Source: Chloropicon primus (taxonomy: Eukaryota). Taken from it: 64,000 nucleotides of DNA. The position numbers were made by a program, and so were the translations under genes. Shown here piece after piece: positions 1-9,910 of this stretch (position 1 is the stretch's first letter; each line of letters starts with the position of its first letter). The stretch lies in contig CP060761.1 of assembly GCA_023205875.1 (NCBI GenBank), positions 124,001 to 188,000 of the forward strand, in the 5' to 3' direction. A model generated the notes under the pieces. The model was not told where the DNA came from, did no database searches, and saw only the letters and a list, made by a program, of their open reading frames with translations.

Positions 1-462
1 CTTTCGAAAGAGAAAACGGAGACGCTTCCACCGATACCTCCCTCCCCCGTCCCCGTCCCCATCCCAAGCACCTCTCTCGTCCAACACCTTACCTTGTCTC
101 GGGCGCGACCCTCCCCTCGCGTTTGGGTTTGGGAAAAGCTTTCCCGCCTTTAGGGTTTTTGAACGTTTTAGTTTTAGGGTTTAGACATTTCCATACGGGA
201 AACTCAAAAAACTGGATAAGAAAAGCGGAAACGTGGGGTGGAGAACGGGGGACACGGGGGAGGGGCGAGGAAGGGAGTGTTTGGGAGGAGCGGGGACGCG
301 GAGGGGAAGAGGGAAGGGGTAGAGACCGGGGCAGGACGAAAGTACGCGAAGAGGGCTTTCGTTTGAGGCCTTGGTGGAAGGATTTGACCTCGGATTGGCC
401 TGGTTCCGTTGGGCAGAGGGAGGCAGAGGCAAGACGTCTTGAGGCCTCGAGGCGGGAAGGTG

Positions 463-3141
463 ATGAGGGCAGGGAGGGTGCGAGGGTCGAGTGGGGTGGG
501 GAGGACGGCGCAGCAGGGAAGGGTCGTCAAGGCGCCCGGAAGCAAGGTCGGGAGGGCGACGGCGGCGGGGGGGCTGGGGGAGAGGAGGGGGAGGGAGGTT
601 CTTTCCGGCCGAGGCAGGGACGTTGCCGTGAGGGCGGGCTCGCCCAGGAGGAGCGGCGGCGGCGGCGGTCGGAAGGGGAAGAAAGGGCACCACCACCACC
701 ACCACCAGAACACGCCCCAGGTGGAGGAGCTCCTGGCGCTGACGAGGAAGAACAAGCTCTCGGACTTCGTGCGAGCCCTGTCGCGGTACTCCAAGGAGGA
801 GAGGAAGTCGGTCTTCGAGAGCAAGTTCCTTCGCAGGACGTTCCTGGACTACTGCAAGAAGAACGGCTCGGCGAAGGAGGCGTACGCCTTTTTGATAGAG
901 GCGGACAAGGTGGACGCGAACCTGGTCACGAGCAGCCAGCTGGCTCACCAGGAGAATTCCCGCGGGAACCTTATCTACTACGACACGAGGATGGCCTCCA
1001 GGGTGATAGGCGTGTGCGCGAGGGGAGGGGACAGCGCCCTCGCCCAGAAAGCCATGAACTACCTCTCCGTGGACAAGGGACTGCAGCTCGACGTTTACAT
1101 GTACACGGGCGCGATCAACGCCTGCGCCAAGAAGGGGGAGGTGCAGAAGGCCTGCAAGCTCTTCAGGCAGTCGGAGGTCGAGGACGGGCTCCAGCCCGAC
1201 GTCTTCATGTACTGCGCCCTGCTCAAGGTGTTCAGGCAAGGCATCAGCAACTGCAGCGGCTCGGACGAGGGGGAGGGGGAGGGGGAGCAGGGGAGCGGCC
1301 AGAACAGGCCTCTCTTTGGCGGCGGGGACAGGCCGCCCCTCGCGGGTTCTGACGAGGCCTCGTCCTCCGTGCCCCGCACCAAGCAGGGCCTGCTGGAGCA
1401 GGCTCTCGAGTACATCGATCACATGCAGGAAGAAGGCATCGTCGGTGACGTGGTGCTGTACAATTGTCTGATCAGCACGTGCGGGAGGGCCCTCAACCTG
1501 GAGAAGGCGGAGTCGTACTTTTGGGAGATGCAGTCCCTCGGCGTGGAGCCGAACTCGAAGACGTACTCCATCTTGATCCACGCCTGCCTGTCCGCCAAGG
1601 AGGGGGAGAAGGCCCTTCAGTACTTTAGGGATGCCAGGGAGCAGAGCGGCGTCATTAACGCCCACTTGTGCGCGCAGGCGGTGCAGGCCCACGCCATGCT
1701 GAACACCACCAAGACCGACCCGGGGGAGACGCTCGAGGGGGCCTTGAAGCTCTACAGGGAGCTGGAGATTGAGGGGGTTCAGATCGACGGGGTGGCCTCG
1801 GCATCCCTGATCTCCCTGGCCAGCGACCTGGGCTACCATGACAGGGCTCTGGAGATTTTGAACGCCATCTCCCACTCGGCGGGGGCGAGCGAGAGGCCGC
1901 CGCCGGAGCCCTTTGCGGTCGCCGCCGACATGTGCGCCAAGCAGAATGACATCGAGGGGGCGAAAGGAATCCTCAGGCAGATCAAGGACAACGAGAACTT
2001 TCTGCCGAACCACGAGCTCGGAGCCTCGCTGATCAACGCTTTCAGCAAAGCGGGAGACCTGGTGACTTCCTTTGAGGTTCTGGAGGTTTTCCTGGCCAGG
2101 GGAATCGTTCCAAACAGCTACAGCTTCAGCGGGCTGCTCTATGCTTGCGCATGCGCTGGCTTGCCCGTCCTTGCGTTGAAGCTCTACTCCCTCGCCAAGA
2201 ACACGGGGTCGGTGACGAACGACCCCTCCCTGCACGGCGTTTGGTGCAGCTCGGTCCTTCACGCTTACCTGAAGACGAGGAGAGAGAAGTATTTGAACAA
2301 GATGGAGGGGACCGAGGAGGGCGACCTCAACGTGGATTTGTACGTTAAGAAGATAAGCCTGGACATCGACGAGCGGTTGGCGCCCTTCAAGGGCAAGAAC
2401 AGCTCTTTCAGTCCCGGCAGCCGGGCTGGGGGCGGTCTTGGGGGCGCGGACGACACCAAGCAAGAAATCATCGGGGGAATCAAGCAAGTGTACAGAGATG
2501 CCGTGGGGAAGGGCTACAAGCCGAGCGTCAAGGTCCTGGACATGATGCTGGAGTGCATGTGCACCAACTTCTACATGGAGAGGATCCAGAAGGTGCCGGA
2601 CTACTCTTTCCAGGACACGGCCCCCAACCTCGACGTGAGCGAGGGCGCGGGCCTGTTCGAGACAACGGCGTTCGCCTTGTTCGAGGAAGCCAGCGAGCTG
2701 GGCGTCCTGCCTCCCTGCGTCTCTCAGAGCGACTTGGAGATCAAGGTCGATTTCAGGCAGCTCACCCCCATCGTCGCGGAGGTCTGCCTCCTCGTCCTCC
2801 TGAGGAGCTTGAAGAGGCGGTGGGACTCGAGCCAAGGCAAGCACGACTTTAAGAGTCTGCTCCTCCTTCTGCCGAGACCTTCCCAGGAGGAGGTGGAGGA
2901 GAAGGAGGAGGGCTCGGTCCCTCTGGTCGACCGCAAGGTCAAGAGCCTCCTCCGGTACATCGGTATGGAGTACGTGATGGTGGACAAGGACGAAAGGTAC
3001 GGAGATGATTGCATGCTCTGTATTGTTCGACCCAAAACGATCAAGAAATGCCTTAGCAGCAAGCCGGAGAGAAGCTTTGAGTCTAACGTTTCTCTTGCTT
3101 ACGGTACGACGCAAGAAATCAGGGCAGACTACTACTTGTAA
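463..3141 (+). CDS. MRL1: Plastid PPR protein, MRL1-like (rbcL mRNA maturation/stability factor)
   Basis: Several PPR repeats (DVYMYTGAINACAKKG, DVFMYCALLK, DVVLYNCLISTCGR, NSKTYSILIHAC). The C-terminal segment AFALFEEASELGVLP...VDFRQLTPIVAEVCLLVLLRSLKRR resembles the MRL1 C-domain as I recall it. Basic R/G/S-rich N-terminus; first in-frame ATG at 463. Confidence 0.7.
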   Translation: MRAGRVRGSSGVGRTAQQGRVVKAPGSKVGRATAAGGLGERRGREVLSGRGRDVAVRAGSPRRSGGGGGRKGKKGHHHHHHQNTPQVEELLALTRKNKLSDFVRALSRYSKEERKSVFESKFLRRTFLDYCKKNGSAKEAYAFLIEADKVDANLVTSSQLAHQENSRGNLIYYDTRMASRVIGVCARGGDSALAQKAMNYLSVDKGLQLDVYMYTGAINACAKKGEVQKACKLFRQSEVEDGLQPDVFMYCALLKVFRQGISNCSGSDEGEGEGEQGSGQNRPLFGGGDRPPLAGSDEASSSVPRTKQGLLEQALEYIDHMQEEGIVGDVVLYNCLISTCGRALNLEKAESYFWEMQSLGVEPNSKTYSILIHACLSAKEGEKALQYFRDAREQSGVINAHLCAQAVQAHAMLNTTKTDPGETLEGALKLYRELEIEGVQIDGVASASLISLASDLGYHDRALEILNAISHSAGASERPPPEPFAVAADMCAKQNDIEGAKGILRQIKDNENFLPNHELGASLINAFSKAGDLVTSFEVLEVFLARGIVPNSYSFSGLLYACACAGLPVLALKLYSLAKNTGSVTNDPSLHGVWCSSVLHAYLKTRREKYLNKMEGTEEGDLNVDLYVKKISLDIDERLAPFKGKNSSFSPGSRAGGGLGGADDTKQEIIGGIKQVYRDAVGKGYKPSVKVLDMMLECMCTNFYMERIQKVPDYSFQDTAPNLDVSEGAGLFETTAFALFEEASELGVLPPCVSQSDLEIKVDFRQLTPIVAEVCLLVLLRSLKRRWDSSQGKHDFKSLLLLLPRPSQEEVEEKEEGSVPLVDRKVKSLLRYIGMEYVMVDKDERYGDDCMLCIVRPKTIKKCLSSKPERSFESNVSLAYGTTQEIRADYYL

Positions 3142-3658
3142 CAGAAATCAATCAAGGCTACCTTTGTAAACCAAGAGAATACAAACAATCCACACCACCG
3201 CGATCATGATGATGATGATGATGATAATGATGATAATGCACGCCACACCATGCAGCGACTCGTCCGTGCTTTCCTTTCCTGTCGCTTCCATCCCCGAGCA
3301 AAGCCTAAGACATAAAGCCTTCGTGCTGAGAAGATTTGCTCCCTCCCTGGATGGCCTCGTCACCACATTCAGCCATCAGCAGCACAGATAGAAAAAGAAG
3401 ACGGCGGAGACTGAGACTCGAAGAGAGAGGAGGAACACTTGCCGCGACACGAAACCAGAGCAATTGACCTTTGCAAGAACCTGTGGAGGCACACGGGGAT
3501 ACCAAAGATCCTTGCTTTGTGACGAAACCGAGTGTCTCTTGTTCCAAGCTTGGACTGCATCCCATCTTGGACACATTTATTTTTTTACTGCCAGTAACTG
3601 GTCAAGCCACTTTTGTTCGTGGCGGTTGGTCTAGAGAGAGAGAGAGAGAAAGAGAAGG

Positions 3659-4750
3659 ATGAAGGCTCTTATTCTTGTTGGTGGGTTCGGCACTCGGCTG
3701 AGGCCCTTGACACTGTCGTGTCCTAAGCCGTTGGTCGACTTCTGCAACAAGCCCATGATTGTCCACCAAATCGAGGCGCTGAAGAATGTTGGCGTGAACG
3801 AGGTTGTGTTGGCCATCAATTACCAGCCGAAAGTGATGATGGGCTTCATCGATGAATACGAGAAGAAGCTTGGCGTGAAGATAGTGTGCTCCCAAGAGGA
3901 GACGCCGATGGGAACGGCGGGGCCTCTCGCTCTGGCGAGGTCGATACTGGACGACGGGTCCGGGGACCCGTTCTTCGTGCTCAACTCGGACGTTATCTGC
4001 GAGTATCCTCTGCAGCAGGCGCTCGACTTCTTCAAGTCGAGGGGCGAGGGAGCCGAGGGGACCATCTTGGTCACAAAGGTGGAGGACCCCTCCAAGTACG
4101 GCGTCGTTGTCTTCGACGAGGGAACGGGAAAGGTCGACAAGTTCGTGGAGAAGCCCAAAGTTTTCGTGGGGGATAAGATCAACGCCGGCATCTACCTCCT
4201 GTCCCCAAAGATTCTGGATCGCATAGAGCTCAGGCCGACCTCCATTGAGAAGGAGGTCTTCCCCAAGGTCGCCGAGGAGGGGAAGCTGTTCTCGATGGTT
4301 CTCCCAGGTTACTGGATGGACATCGGCCAACCCAAGGACTACTTGACTGGCCTCAAGCTGCACTTGAACTCTTTGGCTGCAGCAGGCTCTGGCGAGCTCG
4401 CAAAGGGAGACAACTTCGTGGGAAACGTCTTGGTTCATCCCACAGCGAAGATTGGCGCAGGCTGCAAGATCGGTCCTGACGTGTCGATAGGAGAAGGCTG
4501 CGTTGTTGGAGACGGGGTGAGAATATCCAACGCCACCGTCTTCAGAGGCGTGCAGATCAAGGACCACGCCCTTGTCTCAGGCAGCATCGTTGGCTGGGAC
4601 TCTGTCATCGGTAACTGGTCGAGGGTTGAGAACATGTCTGTATTGGGAGAGGACGTGACGGTCAAGGATGAATTGTACTTGAATGGCGCCGTCGTTCTTC
4701 TGCACAAGGAGATCAAGGCGAGCATCGAGTCTCCTCAAATAATCCTCTAA
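3659..4750 (+). CDS. VTC1: Mannose-1-phosphate guanylyltransferase (GDP-mannose pyrophosphorylase)
   Basis: [26 protein letters not shown] signature, [15 protein letters not shown] and C-terminal hexapeptide repeats; 363 aa. Confidence 0.96.
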   Translation: MKALILVGGFGTRLRPLTLSCPKPLVDFCNKPMIVHQIEALKNVGVNEVVLAINYQPKVMMGFIDEYEKKLGVKIVCSQEETPMGTAGPLALARSILDDGSGDPFFVLNSDVICEYPLQQALDFFKSRGEGAEGTILVTKVEDPSKYGVVVFDEGTGKVDKFVEKPKVFVGDKINAGIYLLSPKILDRIELRPTSIEKEVFPKVAEEGKLFSMVLPGYWMDIGQPKDYLTGLKLHLNSLAAAGSGELAKGDNFVGNVLVHPTAKIGAGCKIGPDVSIGEGCVVGDGVRISNATVFRGVQIKDHALVSGSIVGWDSVIGNWSRVENMSVLGEDVTVKDELYLNGAVVLLHKEIKASIESPQIIL

Positions 4751-4874
4751 AGAGAGAGAGGTGTCACAGGAACAACCGAAGAGCAGAGGCGTGCGCTTGG
4801 GCTTGAAATCACAACAGTATAAATGAATAAACCTTTTTTTTAATCGGTGGGCTTACAGTTTACAAAAATAATAA

Positions 4875-7607
4875 TCACAAGAAGAGGGCGTACGCCGCAA
4901 GAATCATCGCATCCAGAACGCAGAGGCCGATGGAATTGAAGATGAACTTGGGTGCAAATACCCCCCACACCATCAGATGCCTCGAGTGAATCGTCGAGCA
5001 AAGCATCACGAAGATGCTCTGCATCGAGAAGGTGAACCCAAATGCCAAAAAGGCCACAGTCTGTTTCTTCACGTGCTGCCTCGAGTACAGGATGGTGACG
5101 AGGAGGACCGCGAGAATGTGAGAGGTCCACGTGTTCAAGGACAACAGGGCTGCTCCCCTCCACCAGTTGAACGTGTCAAAGCCAACAAAAGCTGAGTTGT
5201 ACTGCAAGGAGCTGAACTGGCACTGGTGGCCCGTTGCATGAAATATCTGCGCGGCGTACAGGCCGAAGAGCAAGGTGCAGATGAGCTCCAAGTCGATCCT
5301 CTGGTGGAAGAACTGAATCTTCACGTACAGTATGATGCTGACGAACAATTGCAGGTAAGCAAGAGCAAGGGCCAGCCGCCCGTTCCCCATCTGGAGGATG
5401 TAGAACTCTGGCAGCAGGCAGAACACAGCTCTCACTGCGAAGGACAACCTGCCCTTTGGCTTGCCTGTGCCGCTGCTGCGCAATTTGCACTCGTACACGA
5501 GCCACGCCAGTGAGAGTCCTGTCAGGCCGTGGATCTGCTTTGCCAGTTTGGCTGGGTGCCAAACCGCGTCGGGGTCTTGGTGCCCCCTGTTCTTCAGAAA
5601 CGAGTAGAGCACGGCGAGGCAGGAAGCGTACAAGTAAAAAAACTCCTTCACGTTGATGACCGATGAACCCTTCTTCCGCATCTGGATCAGTCCCAAGTAC
5701 GTCGCTACGAGGAACAAGGCATCCGAGACCAGGTAATTCATCTGATAGGAGGTCTTTTGAGTGTTGCCGTTCCAAATGTCGCCCGAGTGCTCTGGGATCA
5801 GATGGCACATGAAAGCATTCAGCAGCAGAAGGGAAGCCAAACAAATTTGGGACGGGCCGTTGTTCGTAGCATCCATGGACTCCTTCACCATGTAGAACAA
5901 AAGCGTCGTTATGAGGAAGCACACCATGTAGCCTTCAGAAAGGATGTAGCTGTTCGACAGCATCGCAAAGGACAACATGGAGAGGACAAGCCCGTACAGG
6001 ACCATGCTGTGCTTCACCTTGCGATTTGTCTTCATGAAAGAGAAAAAGGTTTCGCGGGTATCCCTCAACTGAATCACCGCAGCGGCCACGTTGCTCAGGA
6101 TGCCCACGGCCATGAGTCTAAAATCAAACTTTGTCCAGATGGCACGCGCGTGGTTTGCGACGGCGTTCAGGTACTTTTGCCTCTCCTCCACCCTGGCTTG
6201 GATGTTCACGCCTTGAGGCTTTGACTCAAACCCTTCCATGGTCGCACCGTGCTCGGCTTGGTAGGACAAGAATTGCTCCGCAGAGTTGCCAGAAAGCAGC
6301 TTGGAGGACGACTGCTGCAGCAAGAAGGTCGACAAGTACTCGTTCACCTGCTTCGTGTTGCGCGCCAAAACGCTGTCGAATTCCTTCAAAAGTCTTCCCT
6401 CGGGCATCAAGTCACCCAAATCGTTCCTCATTCCCATGCTCCAGAGGTCATACGACACCTGGCCCACGTTGCTGAACGGGATCGGCAGACCGACCATCTC
6501 AGAAAAGGTGGCAGCAAAGTCGAGCTGGTTCAAGACCTTTGGACAGGCTCGGTCGACAGAAGCTAATGGGTGAGGAGAAGACTCCCCGAGCCATTCCGCG
6601 CTCTCCGGGGACACGCGGTAGGCCATGAGGATCGTGGAGGTCTCCTCGTGCGAATTTCCCCCATGCTCCCCCGTCTCGGTTTGGCCGTGGTCTCCCATCA
6701 CAAGCAGCAAGGTCTTCTCAAACTCCTTTTCGTTGGCGGCTCTCTCCTCCAGTGCCTTTGCCACCCTCCTGATCTCCTCGTCGATCTGCTCCAACTTCTG
6801 CAACATCTCCCGGCCAAAGATGTCAAAAGTGTGCCCGACGTGGTCCACCCCAAGGTAGTGGGCCACGAGAACATCCCAGTCCTTTCCAGACTGCACCGCC
6901 GGGTGCAGGAGGGAGCTCACGCCGTCGTCAACCGTGTGCAAGTCATTCACCTCCATGGAGGGGAAAGGAAACCGCTCAGAGAACTCGTTCGGAAACAGGT
7001 CCACCCAAGTGTCATCCCCCATGACGTGCACTCTGGAGCCCCTCCGGTTCAGCTGGAACATGATGTTGTCCTCCTCCATCTCTTTCGCAGACAAGCTGCT
7101 TCCGATGTCCACAAATGTGGGGAGCGACCCGGTCGTCAGTCCCTTGATTCTCTGCATCGTGGTGGTTGGCGCATCGGCCACGAACTCGTACAGTTGACAC
7201 CTTTTTCTCACCCTGTCCTCAAACGTGTCGCCGCAGAGGTCTCTGAAGACGGGAAGCGCTCGCCTGTGCGCTCTCGTGGCCCGAAAGCTTTCATCGCCCC
7301 TGCCGCTGTCGTTCGCAATGCAGACGAAATCGCTCCTCAAGGCATCGACTACCATCACGACAACCTTGTCGTACTGAGCTCCGCTGCTGTTGTTGTCTCC
7401 TTGGCGCGGGTATGGCTTGCTTTTCGCGTCCACCTGGTCCCTGCTGAGGAGAAACCCGGACGTGAAGAGGCACATCCCCAAAAGGTGCAAGAGGAACACG
7501 CCCGTGAGCTTCAGTGCACCCTCCCTCCTCAAAGCGGGAACGAGCCTCTGCCCCTCCACCCAGGCCTCCCTCTGGGCCATCGCTCGCCTGACCTGGCAGT
7601 ACGCCAT
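4875..7607 (-). CDS. PIGO: GPI ethanolamine phosphate transferase 3 (PIG-O/Gpi13)
   Basis: VVDALRSDF, ADAPTTTMQRIKGLTTGSLPTFVD, GDDTW, AHYLGVDHVGH, MGDHGQ, a multi-TM C-half and the terminal RHLMVWGVFAPKFIF. Confidence 0.93.
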   Translation of the reverse strand: MAYCQVRRAMAQREAWVEGQRLVPALRREGALKLTGVFLLHLLGMCLFTSGFLLSRDQVDAKSKPYPRQGDNNSSGAQYDKVVVMVVDALRSDFVCIANDSGRGDESFRATRAHRRALPVFRDLCGDTFEDRVRKRCQLYEFVADAPTTTMQRIKGLTTGSLPTFVDIGSSLSAKEMEEDNIMFQLNRRGSRVHVMGDDTWVDLFPNEFSERFPFPSMEVNDLHTVDDGVSSLLHPAVQSGKDWDVLVAHYLGVDHVGHTFDIFGREMLQKLEQIDEEIRRVAKALEERAANEKEFEKTLLLVMGDHGQTETGEHGGNSHEETSTILMAYRVSPESAEWLGESSPHPLASVDRACPKVLNQLDFAATFSEMVGLPIPFSNVGQVSYDLWSMGMRNDLGDLMPEGRLLKEFDSVLARNTKQVNEYLSTFLLQQSSSKLLSGNSAEQFLSYQAEHGATMEGFESKPQGVNIQARVEERQKYLNAVANHARAIWTKFDFRLMAVGILSNVAAAVIQLRDTRETFFSFMKTNRKVKHSMVLYGLVLSMLSFAMLSNSYILSEGYMVCFLITTLLFYMVKESMDATNNGPSQICLASLLLLNAFMCHLIPEHSGDIWNGNTQKTSYQMNYLVSDALFLVATYLGLIQMRKKGSSVINVKEFFYLYASCLAVLYSFLKNRGHQDPDAVWHPAKLAKQIHGLTGLSLAWLVYECKLRSSGTGKPKGRLSFAVRAVFCLLPEFYILQMGNGRLALALAYLQLFVSIILYVKIQFFHQRIDLELICTLLFGLYAAQIFHATGHQCQFSSLQYNSAFVGFDTFNWWRGAALLSLNTWTSHILAVLLVTILYSRQHVKKQTVAFLAFGFTFSMQSIFVMLCSTIHSRHLMVWGVFAPKFIFNSIGLCVLDAMILAAYALFL

Positions 7608-7651
7608 CCTAATATAGTTCAGCTAGAGTCGACTGGATTCGACCTCGAACC

Positions 7652-8050
7652 TCACTTGCTCCTCGGCAAGCTTCCCTCCTCGGTCTGTTCCTCGCCACCC
7701 CCTCCCCCGTGGAGTCCCGTGATGACCCGTCTCAGTGCCGGCTTTATGTCGGTGAAGATGTTCCTGCGGCTTGACTTTGTGCCGTCGGGGGCCGTCCACT
7801 CGTGGGCGGTCACCAGGTACACGCCCAAACCAATCGAAGACGCCCACGTCACGAACTTGATCAGACGGAGACTCCTGGGCTCCCAAACGTGGTCCGCTTC
7901 CAGATCACCCGCTCCAACTTCCCTCCCCGTCGGCTTTGTCGGCTTCGTCGGCTTCGGTGCGGTGCACAACCCTCGCGATCCAACTCCCCCAGACCTCGTC
8001 GCCGTCCTCGCGTAACTCCTCAGCACGTGCCCCAAACGCTTCGTCGTCCC
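7652..8050 (-). CDS. Small single-TM protein, possibly mitochondrial; start unresolved
   Basis: Open frame with an R/S-rich N-part and one hydrophobic stretch (LIKFVTWASSIGLGVYLVT). A candidate acceptor (tccattccag) ends at 8051; no in-frame ATG located. Confidence 0.45.
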   Translation of the reverse strand, partial: GTTKRLGHVLRSYARTATRSGGVGSRGLCTAPKPTKPTKPTGREVGAGDLEADHVWEPRSLRLIKFVTWASSIGLGVYLVTAHEWTAPDGTKSSRRNIFTDIKPALRRVITGLHGGGGGEEQTEEGSLPRSK

Positions 8051-8775
8051 CTGGAATGGAATGGAAGAAAACAGAATCCAATCACCACAACCGGCGTCAA
8101 TTCAATTCCTCACAACTCCTCATGAGGCCATTTCCTTCCAGCGACGGCTCGTTCGAAACATCACGACACAACGCTTCCCATCCCTTCCCCTCCTCTCGCC
8201 TCGGACCTCGTCCTCGTCGCCCACCTCGCCTCGTTCGCGACCACTCACTCACCTCGAGCACCGCGAGCACCATCGTGGGTTTGATCGTTCAAACCAAAAC
8301 CGAGAAGCGCGATTGATTGATCGGCGGAGGCGGAGGTGAGTCCGGGCGATACAGGGGACGAGGAGGGATGCAGGGGCGAAGGGAAGAGTCACGGGCGATA
8401 CTGTTGTCTCTTGCTCGTTCGAAAGAGTCTTACCTCGAAAGGATTGGTTGAGGAGCGACTGAACCGTGACCTCTCTCTCTCTCTCTGTTGTTGTTGTGGT
8501 TGATGCCAGAGGGATAGAGGTGAGTTATGGGTGGATGCCTGAGGGAGAAGCGGAAGGTTGTTGCGGTGACGGGTGGAGCGAAGAGATCCTCCCTCTCTCC
8601 CTCTCTGTGTCGTGTTTCTCTTTCGTTTGACCCCTCGCTCGCTCGATGGAAGGGGTGAGTGTGTAGGTACTGAGACATTTTGTGTCTTGTTTTGTTTGTT
8701 TTGCTTTCGCGAGGAAGGGAAGGAGGTGGGTTGAGGTCCAAACTAGACTAGCTTGTTGGAGGGTGGAGGGTCGTG

Positions 8776-9785
8776 ATGGACCAGAACCTGAACGTCCAGG
8801 CGGCGGCGTTCATACCGAGGTCATCGGCGAAGAAAGCGACCGTGGGTCTGGCGAAGAGAGGCCTGGGCTTGTCCGAGGGGGAGAGCAACGAAAACATAGA
8901 AGGGTCCTCTCCCTTGTTGCGAGGCACGAGAAAGCACCTTGGGTTCGATGGAAGCGATGGGGGCGTGAACGGGCTCGCGTTAGGTCAGAGGGGGAGTGGG
9001 TATGGCGGGCTGGGGGGTCCCGAGGACGCGGGTCCCGGGTCTTCGCTGAAGGGTGGTCGCGCGACCAAGGGGGGTGATGAGGCTCTGAACCTCCCGGACG
9101 ACCTCACGGACGCGTTCACGAGCGACCTTACGATAGGGGGAGAGGAGACGGACCAAGTGGGAAAACAGAATAATGGTTCTCTCTCGGGAGAGTACGAGGA
9201 ATACATCAACCAAGCGGAGAGGGCCGCGGAGGGGACGGGATCGGACCTGGGCGGGGCTTCAGACGGGTACAGCGACGACTATAGCGGTGCTGGCCTCAAC
9301 GCCCATCCGGCGGAGAACCAGCACCACCACCAGCAGTATTATTACGGCGAGCAGCAGTACGTAGATCCAGCGGCAGGGCTCGGCGTCTACCCGCCTTCGC
9401 CCGTGATGCTCTCGGAGGCCATGCCGGCGCCGGTGCCGGTGCCGCTTGCCATGCCTGTGGTGGAGGTGGACGACGAGACCATGCAGCTTCTCCAGCTGGA
9501 ATTTCCTCAGTACAGCCCGCAGAGCCTGGCAGAGATCCTGGAAGCGAACGACTACAACATTTCCGTCACGATCGATGTCTTGACACAACTTGAGGTGAGT
9601 TTTTTGCGCTCCCCGCCCCCCGGGTCCGTTGTCTCCACACCACATTCTTTGCCTGGAATGTTTATGCTGACGCCGCCTTCTCTTTCTCTTCGCAGCTCGA
9701 GACGGACTACAACGCCTCCGTGGCACCTCAGCTTTCGCAAGTTGCCCCAGCACTGAATGATATTAACTTTCCGTCTTTAAAGTAG
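8776..9785 (+). CDS. PABP-interacting protein with PAM2 motif and CUE-like domain (CID family-like), 2 exons
   Basis: PAM2-like LNVQAAAFIPRS; CUE-like LQLEFPQYSPQSLAEILEANDYNISVTIDVL. Intron 9595-9695 (GTGAGT...CGCAG) gives an in-frame exon 2 ending DINFPSLK*. Confidence 0.75.
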
Positions 9786-9910
9786 CTTAGGCAATTTCTC
9801 ACGACGACGACGACGGCGGGACAGGACTCTGTTATCATGACCGCCGTTTAGATTACAAGCATTTACACGAATCGCCCTCTCTTTTACACAAGCAGTCTTC
9901 TTCTTGATCA

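Noticed and set aside
181..3114. Long antisense ORFs (also 6570-8015, 19728-21872, 31221-33533, 46752-48284, 57510-59573)
   Set aside because: They lie opposite recognisable genes and are expected from GC-rich codon bias; no motifs of their own.
3148..3600. Short ORFs between the MRL1-like gene and VTC1
   Set aside because: Partly microsatellite-derived, no recognisable motifs or clear codon bias.
7632..7652. B-box-like GGTTCGA on the minus strand as part of a tRNA
   Set aside because: No cloverleaf or A-box could be formed around it.
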